Shown: positions 1-9,606, counted from the stretch's first letter. The stretch is 18,816 nucleotides of DNA from Piromyces finnis finn (GCA_002104945.1 MCFH01000191.1:1-18816); one strand, 5' to 3'. Numbers and translations: made by a program. Notes: generated from the sequence alone by a model not told the origin.

Positions 1-735
1 TTAGAAAACTGCAGAGGATCAAAGACAACTACACCAATCAAGAATGATGAACAACTCAATCAGCCTTTTGACCCTACTACTTATAGAGCTGCAATAGGAA
101 GTCTTTTATATTTAGCCATAGGTACTCGTCCAGATATCTTATTTTCAGTAACCAAAGCATCTAGGTTCTCACAAAATCCTACTATCCAAAATTGGAAGAA
201 TGTATTACAAATATTCAAATATCTGAAAGAAAATCCTCATTATGGAATCCGTTTTGAAAGAAACTTAAATTTGAAGATTTTTGTAGATTCAGACTATGGG
301 GGAGATGAAGAAACAAGAAAATCTACCACTGGATTTGTATTTTTATTGGGAAATGGACCAACAAGCTGGTACTCAAAACTGCAAAAATGTGTATCAACTT
401 CAACCGCCGAAGCAGAATATTATGGACTTTGTGAATGCTCAAAGCAAGCTCTGTGGTATAGAAATATTTTTAGTGAATTAAAAATAAAGGAAGAATGCTT
501 AAAAATCAATATTGATAATCAAGCAACTATTTACAACGCAAATAATGAAACGATTAATCCAAAGTCAAAACATATTGATATTAAGTACCATAAAGTAAGA
601 GAATTAATTAAAGAAAATAAAATCAGTCTAGAATATATAAAATCAGAAGAAAATTTAGCAGATGGTTTTACTAAATACTTGAATAAAAATAAAATGAAAA
701 TATTTAGAGATAGTTTATTATATAAATACAAATAA
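1..735 (+). CDS. pol: Inverted duplicate of the pol 3' end (RT C-terminus plus complete RNase H), uninterrupted frame, 5' partial
   Basis: Frame 1 is open from base 1 (LENCRGSK...) through ERNLNLKIFVDSD... to TAA at 733-735. It is the reverse complement of 843-1573. Confidence 0.93.
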   Translation, partial: LENCRGSKTTTPIKNDEQLNQPFDPTTYRAAIGSLLYLAIGTRPDILFSVTKASRFSQNPTIQNWKNVLQIFKYLKENPHYGIRFERNLNLKIFVDSDYGGDEETRKSTTGFVFLLGNGPTSWYSKLQKCVSTSTAEAEYYGLCECSKQALWYRNIFSELKIKEECLKINIDNQATIYNANNETINPKSKHIDIKYHKVRELIKENKISLEYIKSEENLADGFTKYLNKNKMKIFRDSLLYKYK

Positions 736-789
736 TGAATTTATAACTTTGGGGGAGTGTGAAAATAAAATACATTACAAAATAATATT

Positions 790-828
790 ATTATTATTTT
801 TTTAATGTATTTTATTTTCACACTCCCC
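790..828 (-). promoter_or_regulatory. Polypurine tract (GGGGAG, 823-828) and the first ~20-30 nt of the 3' LTR
   Basis: Minus strand reads ACTTT-GGGGAG-TGTGAAAATAAAATACATTA. The mirror copy on the plus strand has GGGGGAG at 751-757 and the LTR start at 758. Confidence 0.88.
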
Positions 829-842
829 AAAGTTATAATTCA

Positions 843-1304
843 TTATTTGTATTTATATAATAAACTATCTCTAAATATTTTCATTTTATTTTATTCAGTA
901 TTTAGTAAAACCATCTGCTAAATTTTCTTCTGATTTTATATATTCTAGACTGATTTTATTTTCTTTATTAATTCTCTTACTTTATGGTACTTAATATCAA
1001 TATGTTTTGACTTTGGATTAATCGTTTCATTATTTGCGTTGTAAATAGTTGCTTGATTATCAATATTGATTTTTAAGCATTCTTCCTTTATTTTTAATTC
1101 ACTAAAAATATTTCTATACCACAGAGCTTGCTTTGAGCATTCACAAAGTCCATAATATTCTGCTTCGGCGGTTGAAGTTGATACACATTTTTGCAGTTTT
1201 GAGTACCAGCTTGTTGGTCCATTTCCCAATAAAAATACAAATCCAGTGGTAGATTTTCTTGTTTCTTCATCTCCCCCATAGTCTGAATCTACAAAAATCT
1301 TCAA
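843..1304 (-). CDS. pol: pol RNase H (right-arm copy, frameshifted at ~1304, ~967 and ~895)
   Basis: FVDSDYGGD..STTGFVF..SWYSKLQKCVSTSTAEAEY..DNQATI..KHIDIKYH. It is identical to the intact copy at 271-735 apart from single-base deletions. Confidence 0.95.
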
Positions 1305-2370
1305 TTTAAGTTTCTTTCAAAACGGATTCCATAATGAGGATTTTCTTTCAGATATTTGAATATTTGTAATACATTCTTCCAATTTTGGATAGTAGGATTT
1401 TGTGAGAACCTAGATGCTTTGGTTACTGAAAATAAGATATCTGGACGAGTACCTATGGCTAAATATAAAAGACTTCCTATTGCAGCTCTATAAGTAGTAG
1501 GGTCAAAAGGCTGATTGAGTTGTTCATCATTCTTGATTGGTGTAGTTGTCTTTGATCCTCTGCAGTTTTCTAAACCAAATTTGTGTAATATATCCTTTAA
1601 ATACCTTTCTTGATGTAACAAATACCCATCTTTTAACGTTTCTACTTTGATTCCTATGATGAAATTTGCATCACCAACATCCGTGATAACATATTTCTCT
1701 TTAATTAATTTAATAGTTTTATCTATTTCTTCCTTTTTACCAGTTATTAGGATGTCATCAACATATATTCCAACTAAACATACTAATTTATTGTTTTTGG
1801 TCTTTATAAATATGCATGGTTCGCTAACTAATTTCTGAAATCCTAGTTCAATGAGAGTATTGCTGATGTTGTTATTCCATTCTCTTGCTGCTTGTTTTAA
1901 GCCATATAATGCTTTATTTAATTTCCATAATCCTTTTTTATACATTTTATCTCCTTCAGGTGCTTTCATATATATATCTTCCTTTAAATCTGCATACAAA
2001 TATGCGGCCTTAACATCTAATTGATGGATTTTATAGTTATTAATTGCAGCTATTCCTATTAGGATTCTTAATGAGTCTTGTTTTAGAGTAGGAGAAAAGG
2101 TCTCATTGTAGTCTTCTCCATATTCTTGTGTAAAACCTCTGGCTACAAGTCTAGCTTTGTATTTTTCTATCTCACCAGTGCTATTCCTTTTTATCTTAAA
2201 TACCCATCTTGAATCAATAATATTGGCGTCTTCTGGAACTTCATCTATTCTTTTGAACACTTTTCTTTCTTTCATATTTAGCAATTCGGCTTCTATTGCT
2301 TTTATCCACTTATCCTTATCTTTCTTTTAAATATATCATTATAGGAATTTGGCTCCTTGATTTGTGCTAT
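1301..2370 (-). CDS. pol: pol reverse transcriptase (copia/RVT_2 type)
   Basis: The 327-aa ORF has SRWVFKIK, YKARLVARGFTQ, QLDVKAAYL, LNKALYGLKQAAREW and IYVDDIL (~1754-1765). EPNSY..KWIKAIEAEL lies upstream across a frameshift. Confidence 0.97.
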
Positions 2371-3879
2371 AGTTAGCGCCACTTCCTTAATTTTCTTCTT
2401 TTCTGGTTCATGTTCATGTGGCTTACTAAATTTTTCTTCTATGACATCTTCACTTGGAACAAGTTTCCGCTTTCTTGGGAATTTTTTTTCCTTTGGTGGA
2501 TGATTTTCATTTAATTTAAAATTTTTATTGGATTTAATTTTCTATTTAGATTTCTCTTATTCAAAAAATTTTGTTTTGATAATAACTTTTTCTTATCAAA
2601 AAATTTTTTCTTAGATTTATCTTTATGATTGGATCTTTAATTCATTTTTATTTTTTAAATTTCTCAAATTATATTCCTTTTATTTTGATTATTTAAATTA
2701 CTTTCTTTTTCATCAGAAATATTTTTTAAATTTGGACTTTTCTTCAGGAATATTGATATTTTCTTTATTCAAATTTCTTCTTATTTCATTCTCATTAATA
2801 GGTATGTAATTTTCTTATAATATCTTCATTCTTATAATTTACTTTTACATTTGAATAATTATTTTCTATTTCTTTCTATTATTTTTATTTATATTATTTT
2901 TGACACTCTCAATATTTTCAAAATCAATTTTCTTTCTTGTTCCTAAATCAATGTCAGGACTCAGGATATTTAAAAAATCATTATTGTCAATTTCTCCAGT
3001 TAAATCATTTATCTCCATTTCTGATGGTGTTTTTAATACTTCTTCAATTAATTCATTTTTATTTACAATGTCTGAATTTTCTTCTATAAATAAACATTTC
3101 CTTTTGCATTCAGGTATTTATTATTCCTTTATTATCCTTTGATATATTTGAATGTCTTTACTGTTTATATTTTTATTTTTCTTGTCGTCATTTCTCTTTA
3201 TATTCACTTCTTTAATTTCACAAATTTCAGTTTCGTCAGCACTATTATATTTTAAATTATTATATTTTAAATTATTTTCTTCCAAGGTAAAGTTATTTAT
3301 ATTGCCGTCGTTACTTCCTGAAATGTCATTATTGTTTTCTTTTTCTTTATGGTTTCACTTACAGATTCCATTGAAGTACTTATTTTAATTTCTTTATTTT
3401 CTTCCATTCCTTCAATTTTCTGGTAATTATTTTGTTCAAACGTTCTTTTTCTTTTCTTTTAGTTTAATATAGTCTAAGAGATTTAAGTCTTCTTCTTCTG
3501 AGTCTTCTATACTCATATTACTATCATTAGTGTCCTCGCAGACTTGCATAAAACTTCAGAACTATTATTTTTTTCTTTATTTAATAGTGACGTGAGCTTA
3601 TCCAGCTTTTCTTCTATATTTCTAAATTTTTCTTCATAATTTACTTCTTTTAAGTCTTCTTTATACTAGTTTTATCATTGAGTGTTTCTAGGTTTTCATT
3701 CATTAATTTATCATTTTCATTTGAAATGTCCTTTTCTTTTTTGTCTTTATTGTTATTGTTTTCATTTCTTTATCATACATATAATTAAAGTTCCTTACTT
3801 GAAAAGTTTCTGTATCTTGACTATATGTTTCATTATTATTTTCTTTTTCTAAATTATAATTGTAGTCACCAGGTTCTTC

Positions 3880-5340
3880 TTCTAAAAAACCTACGACTCT
3901 TTTCACTTTAATTTTCCTTGATTTTATGTCGAATATTCTGTATCCTACTGAAGATTCATCATATCCGATAAAGATTCCCTCCTTATTTTGTCTTGAAATT
4001 TTGGAATGTTACTGTCATCTAAATAATACACTTTACATCCAAATACTCTTAAATTTTTATAATCAACTTTTCTGTTGTACATTAATTCAAATGGTATTTC
4101 ACCATTAATTCCACTGTGCGGAACTCGATTATGAACATAGTTCGCTGTTTTCACAGCATCTTCCCAAAAGCGACGACATAACCTTGCGTCCATTAACATT
4201 GCAGTAGCAGTTTTTATTAACTTTCCATTGAATCTTTCTGCTCTTCCATTCTGCTCCGGATTTCCAGGACGGTGAATTGTTGAGTTATTCCATATTCGTT
4301 ACATAACTCCTTGAAGTTATTAGAAGTGAATTCAGTTCCATTATCGCTTCTAAGATATTTTACTTTGGATGATAATTCATTAGTAGTTTTATTCAGCCAA
4401 TTTCCAAATTCTTTGAAAACATCACTTTTATTCTTGACAAATATTACCCATCCATATCGACTGTAATCATCTAAGATACTTAAAAAGTATACGTTGTCAT
4501 GAATTGATGGTGTGATTGGACCTACCAAATCGATGTGTACTAGTTCCAAAACACTTGATGCTCTACTATCTGACCTTTTATGAGGGATTTCTTTCATTTT
4601 GCTTCTCATGCATATTGTACAATTGTGAATATTGTTCTTTTCATCATTATTGTTGAAATTCAGATGCCCTATTCTTCTATGCCAGTATTCACCATTGTTT
4701 CGTACATTATCGCACATTGAGTAATTATTAACTACATTACCTTCTTTGATGTACAAATTGAATACATCATATTCATTTGCTTTAACTTCGTATACATTAT
4801 CTGTTTTCTTATCTTTTATATATGCAAATACATTATTGTTCTTCTCATCAAAGATTATTTGGTAGCCACTTTTAACTAACTTGGCAACAGAAATTAAATT
4901 TCGTTTTACATCTGGGATGTACATTACATCTTCTAATTTTATTGGTTCTTCATTAATAGATCCATTTACTTCACCCATATGTGTTGACTTTGTAGTCGCT
5001 CCATTTGCATAATTGATTGGTTCTACATGTTCAAAAACATTTTTGAGAATTCCTATATCTTTGGTAATATGATTAGAAGCACCAGAATCTAAAGTCCATG
5101 TAGTAAAACTTGTAGGTACATTTTCACAAGATACGTAATTGCATGATTTATTATTACATTCATCATTGTTATTGTCAAATAATGTATTGTAATCAACTGT
5201 AAACAAATCTTGATATCCAACTTCTGGTTCAAAGTCTTCAGTGGTTTGTTTATTTACTATTTCACCTGTTGCTAAAAATGCTTCCTTGCCTTTATTTTTC
5301 TCTTTTCTTAGCCTTCTTGTAACTTCTTCTGAAAGTTCTT
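3880..5340 (-). CDS. pol: pol N-terminal part: aspartic protease, GAG-pre-integrase HHCC, rve integrase core and SH3-like domain
   Basis: WTLDSGASNHIT (~5065-5100); WHRRIGH..CTIC; LELVHIDLVGP, LDDYSRYGW and LRSDNGTEF (DDE core); FWEDAVKTANYVHNR; LRVFGCKVY..GIFIGY after frame correction. Confidence 0.93.
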
Positions 5341-6268
5341 TTTGATACGACATTGTTTTACAGTATGTCCTTTTTGATGACAAAAATAACATGTAATGTT
5401 TTGTTTATTTTTGTTATTCCAATTTCTTTCTTCATTGGACTTTTCTTTTCCTTTATTTGTATTTTTATTATGATTATTACTTTGTTTGTTGCGGTAGTAT
5501 TTAGTACTTTCCTTTCTTTTATCACCTTTGTAACTACCTTCAACACTAAAGATATGTCTAATTCCGAAGGTTTCAGATTTCTCTTTCGGATCAAATTTGT
5601 TCATCTTATCTATCATTCTTGCTGTGTCCTTTTGCATTCTTCCCAGTCTTCATGCTTAAGGACTGTGACTTTCCTATATTTTTCTGTAAGGCTTGATACA
5701 GTAAACCAATTTTTTCTTCATCATCTATTTTCACATTTAGTTGTTCTAACTTATTAAAGTTGGAATTTAACTTATTTACAAATCTTGAGAAACTTTCTTT
5801 CGGGTCGTATTTTAAGGAGTTTGTTTCCTTAATAAGCCTATTCTTTCTTTCTATTTTATCCCCTAATAAATGTCTTCTAATAGTTTCCACATTTCGTAGC
5901 TTGTTAAAGACTATCTTGGATATCTTGTTGGCAGTTTGGGCCTAAAGTATACCTAATTAAAATTGGATATTCCTATCTGTTTTTAAGTCATCTTCGGTTA
6001 CGTTCTTATCATAGTAGGTATTGATTTCAAAAGGTGCCTTTAGATATTCTTCTCCGTCGATATCCATTCCTTCGTCACTTTTGATCTTTGGGGTTTTGTT
6101 TTCATCAACCCAATCTTCAAGACCATAATAATTTAAAATATTCCTCATAAACATTTGCCACGTTATGAAATTTTTATTGTTCAATTCATAAGTGACCTTT
6201 CCTAGCATAACGGTAGGATCGAATATAGGAATTGATCCAGTATCTCCGTTAGATTTTCTTTTTGACAT
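5308..6268 (-). CDS. gag: gag (capsid plus CCHC nucleocapsid zinc knuckle), several frameshifts
   Basis: The ATG at 6268 starts MSKRKSNGDTG..NFITWQMFMRNIL..GLEDWV. An EMWKLLE-type copia gag motif lies near 5890. CYFCHQKGHTVKQC is at 5350-5391. ORF pieces 5957-6307, 5606-5890 and 5308-5637 join with 1-bp corrections. Confidence 0.85.
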
Positions 6269-6300
6269 ATTAAAAAAAAAAAAAAACTTACTTAAATATA

Positions 6301-6322
6301 AGAGCAATTGAGACTCTTAATC
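6301..6322 (-). promoter_or_regulatory. Primer-binding site complementary to the anticodon arm (and probably D-arm) of tRNA-Lys(CUU)
   Basis: Minus strand directly after the LTR reads GATTAAGAGTCTCA. The plus strand AGAGCA-at-TGAGA-CTCTTAA-TC reads as tRNA nt ~21-40 with a CTT anticodon. Confidence 0.78.
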
Positions 6323-6556
6323 TGTCAGATAAATTTAGTTTACACTTAAATTTATTTATAAAACTATTTGGGTTTTTATAATCTTTTATTTATTTATATT
6401 TATTTTATAATATAAATATTGTAACTTTCTTAAAATCTTTTTATTAAAAATAACCCAAGAATAAAAATGTAGTACAATATTAATTTATAATTTTATAAAA
6501 TACAAATACATAAAAAATACATAAAATATTATTTTGTAATGTATTTTATTTTCACA
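6323..6556 (-). repeat. 5' LTR, 234 bp, TG...CA termini
   Basis: Minus strand reads TGTGAAAATAAAATACATTACAAAATAATATT...AAATTTATCTGACA. Its first 20-32 nt recur right after the PPT at 822 (-) and 758 (+). The PBS abuts the CA end. The inner boundary is inferred from the TG..CA rule and the PBS, since no complete second LTR exists. Confidence 0.85.
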
Positions 6557-7893
6557 AAATTTGACCGACAGATTAGTGTTTCTTAACCCTATATTAAAAT
6601 TTTTAAAATAAAAAGTTATGGGTTATGTTTTATAAAATATATAAGGGTTAAATTTTTTTTTTTTTTTTTTTGTTAGTCTTTTGGTTTAATATTTCTAAAA
6701 TTTACTCTTTAAAAAACAAAATATTATGTTTTAACTTATAACTTACTAGTATTATTTAATCGCGTATTACCTTCAATATTTAATTTCTTTAATGTATGAA
6801 TTATTAATTTATTATCATTAAATTTATTAATAAGGATGATAAATAAAGAATTAAAATGATACAACATATGAAAGTGGACATTTACTTAAAAAAAAAAAAA
6901 AAAGATATATTACATAAATATTAATACCATTTTATTGTTAATTATACATTATTTTTATCTTTTTTTTTTTTTTTTTTACTAAAATTTTATATTCTAACCT
7001 TTTCTTTTATAAAATAATGAAATAAAAAAAAATTAACAAAAAAATTGCAAATAGTTACATTACAAAAAACAAAAAGCTCTTCATAGAGGAATCTAAGGAT
7101 AATTTAATTTTAAACTAATTAATACCATTGTGTTGAATATTTATTAAAATTCTAATTATCTATCTATCTATTTATTTATCTTTCTCATTTTTTAACTCTA
7201 GCAAAATATCAAAAAAAAAAAAATAGAAAAAGATATAAAGTAAAATATAGTTAATATTTTTCATAGAAGCAATGATTAATTATTTAAACTTTCGCTATTA
7301 TTGTTCTATTATACTATTATCTTTAAGATCTTTATAATCTTTAAATTTAAAAAATAAAAATTATAAAATTATATGTTTTGTTACTTCGGCTTATAATTAA
7401 TAATATTATAATAATATTACCTAAATAATTTAAATAATTACTTTCAATAATATAATTTCACCCCAATTATAATTTTATCTAAAATCCATAACAAATTTAC
7501 AATTCAAAATTATCTATTATTTTAACACTACAAATTAATTTTTTTTTTTTAAAAAAATAATAAATAAAATAATTAAAATTAACGGACAATTTTTTTATAT
7601 CTATTTTAAATTTTTTTTTTTATTATATTATTTTTATTATTATTATAATTTTTCTTATAAAAAATAAATGTTTATATATTAAAATGTAAAAGTGTTTAAA
7701 AATACATATTATATTATTAAATGAATAGTAATATTTAGTTTTTTGTTAAGTTATATTTGTATAGATGAAGTATATTTTAAATGCGATGGTATATTAACAA
7801 AACGATTATAATAAATTTACATTTTATAAAATAAACTTATTATCATCTTTTATCATAATGTTGATAATAATTTTAATATATGTTTTAAGATGT

Positions 7894-8292
7894 TTATTCA
7901 AGCTTGTCTTCCTTTCCGGATTTTGGGTTCTTCTTTGGTAAAGAACAGAGTGAATGTTTGGTAAAACACCACCTTGGGAAATAGTAACGTCAGATAATAA
8001 TTTGTTTAATTCTTCATCATTTCTGATAGCTAATTGAAGGTGACGTGGAATAATACGAGATTTCTTGTTATCACGAGCAGCGTTACCAGCTAATTCAAGA
8101 ATTTCAGCAGTTAAATATTCAAGAACAGCTGCTAAATAAACTGGAGCACCAGCACCAATACGTTGGGCGTAGTTACCTTTTCTTAAAAGACGGTGTACAC
8201 GACCAACTGGGAATTGAAGACCAGCTCTGCTAGATCTAGACTTAGCTCCAGAAGACATAGAGTTCTTTCCAGCTTTTCCCCTTTCCAGCCAT
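7894..8292 (-). CDS. H2A: Histone H2A, intronless, ~132 aa after correcting two 1-bp indels
   Basis: [90 protein letters not shown]. The ATG at 8292 is one base out of frame with the core (MAGKGKAGK...). Adding one T near 7939 restores VLLPKK...KLE* with the stop at 7894-7896. Confidence 0.96.
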
Positions 8293-9606
8293 TTTATTTT
8301 ATATTAATGAATATTATTAAATGATAAATAACGTTTGTAAAGAAATGCGTAAATGATTATATTACAAAAATTAAAGTTTTTAATAAAAACTCTTCAACTA
8401 TAAGATATTTTTCTAATAAAAAGATTGAAGATTCTCAACTGAGGAAAAATTTAGGTTATTTATACATTTTTAAAAACTTTATTTTTTTAAAATTAAATAA
8501 TTTAATTTAATTAATTTCCATTTTATTACAAATTAATTGCAATATATTAATTTTTATATTGATCAATTTTAAAATTTTCAATCCTAAGTTTAAATATTTT
8601 TTTAAAATGGGGTGTATTTATAAAATTTTTTGAATCAGACCCCATTTTTATAATTATATGAAATTTATCATAATATTATAATGTATACAAATATTGTATA
8701 CATATAATATAGAACATAGAGCAGAGCATGATAAAAAAACAAAAAGTTCAGTTTACCAAAAAGTTTGGTGGTAAAAGCTAACTTCTGTAATAATAATATT
8801 TGGAGTAGTAATCTTTTCCCCTATAAATATATAAATATTATTAAAAATTATTAAAATAAATGTTAATAAATTGAAAAAAAAATGCTGCTTTAATCGTTTA
8901 AAAAATGAAGTAAAAAATGGTGTTAGTTTTATTTATTATTATTTTTGTTATAATTATTATTTAACAATACATTTTATTATCTTATTATTTTCATTATTAT
9001 TATTTAAAAATTTCTAAACTTATAAAATATAAAAATTATATAATTATGAATATGTTTTTTGTTATATAAATAATTATTTATATTTAATATTAATTATTTA
9101 ATGGAAATTAAAAAAAAATAGACAATAAAATTATTATAGAAAAAACGTTGTACAGTGAGAAATTTTTTTTTAAAATGTTGAAATGTAAAAAAATATTATA
9201 ATTAAAGTTTATAAAAATTTAATATTTTTTATTTACAAATACATGAAAATGATAATAATGGAAACATATTATTAATATGCTATATTCATATAAAAATTAT
9301 TGAAGAATAAATAATATATGAAAAGACAGGAATATTTATAATTTGTTTATTTTTTTATTAATTTTAAAATTTTGTATTTTGGTTTTATTATTATTAAATT
9401 ATATTATTTATATATTTTAATTATTGCATTAATAATTATTTTTGTTAAAGATAATGTTTTATATTAAAATATGTATATAGAAAAAGTACAAAAATCTTTT
9501 TATTTTAATAATACATATGTGACATAGTAAATTGTTTTTTTATATATTATTTTAGATAATAAAAAAATAATATCTAAAAGTAGGTTATTATATATATATA
9601 AATTTC

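Larger units (their letters stand above)
1..1573. repeat. Large near-perfect palindrome; arms of at least ~780 bp, centre ~787-790
   Basis: Base 1 pairs with 1573 and base 758 with 822. The 6-nt offset change is accounted for by six 1-nt deletions in the right arm. Confidence 0.97.
790..6556 (-). mobile_element. Ty1/copia (Pseudoviridae) LTR retrotransposon; 3' LTR truncated by a fold-back; ORFs broken by 1-bp indels
   Basis: Domain order on the minus strand is gag (CCHC knuckle), protease (LDSGAS), integrase, RT (YVDD), RNase H (DSDYGGD, STAEAEY, KHIDIKYH). Integrase before RT is diagnostic of copia. The LTR start TGTGAAAATAAAATACATTA occurs at both 6556 and 822, with a PPT next to the latter. 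Confidence 0.96.

Noticed and set aside
5308-5392. Programmed -1 frameshift between gag and pol (overlapping ORFs 5308-5637 and 4217-5392)
   Set aside because: The shift has the same sense as the many single-base deletions nearby, and one added base gives a continuous C-R-Y-Q-K-E-L reading. No clear slippery heptamer plus structure is visible. It cannot be distinguished from error without polished data.
296-5945. Small ORF-track entries 296-481, 531-731, 1094-1279, 1647-1838, 2900-3142, 3152-3388, 3926-4108, 5353-5757 and 5760-5945
   Set aside because: These are antisense or alternate-frame shadows of gag-pol with biased composition and no recognisable motifs.
6557-6561. Target-site duplication (AAATT) of the retrotransposon
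   Set aside because: The other flank is lost to the fold-back, so a TSD cannot be established.
6760-6765. TCGCGT, an MCB-like cell-cycle element
   Set aside because: It is a single short site and is not upstream of any host gene in the window.
7076-7089. GCTCT-TCAT-AGAGG resembling the metazoan histone 3' stem-loop
   Set aside because: It has only a 4-bp stem, lies ~800 bp past the stop codon, and the resemblance is on the strand opposite to H2A.
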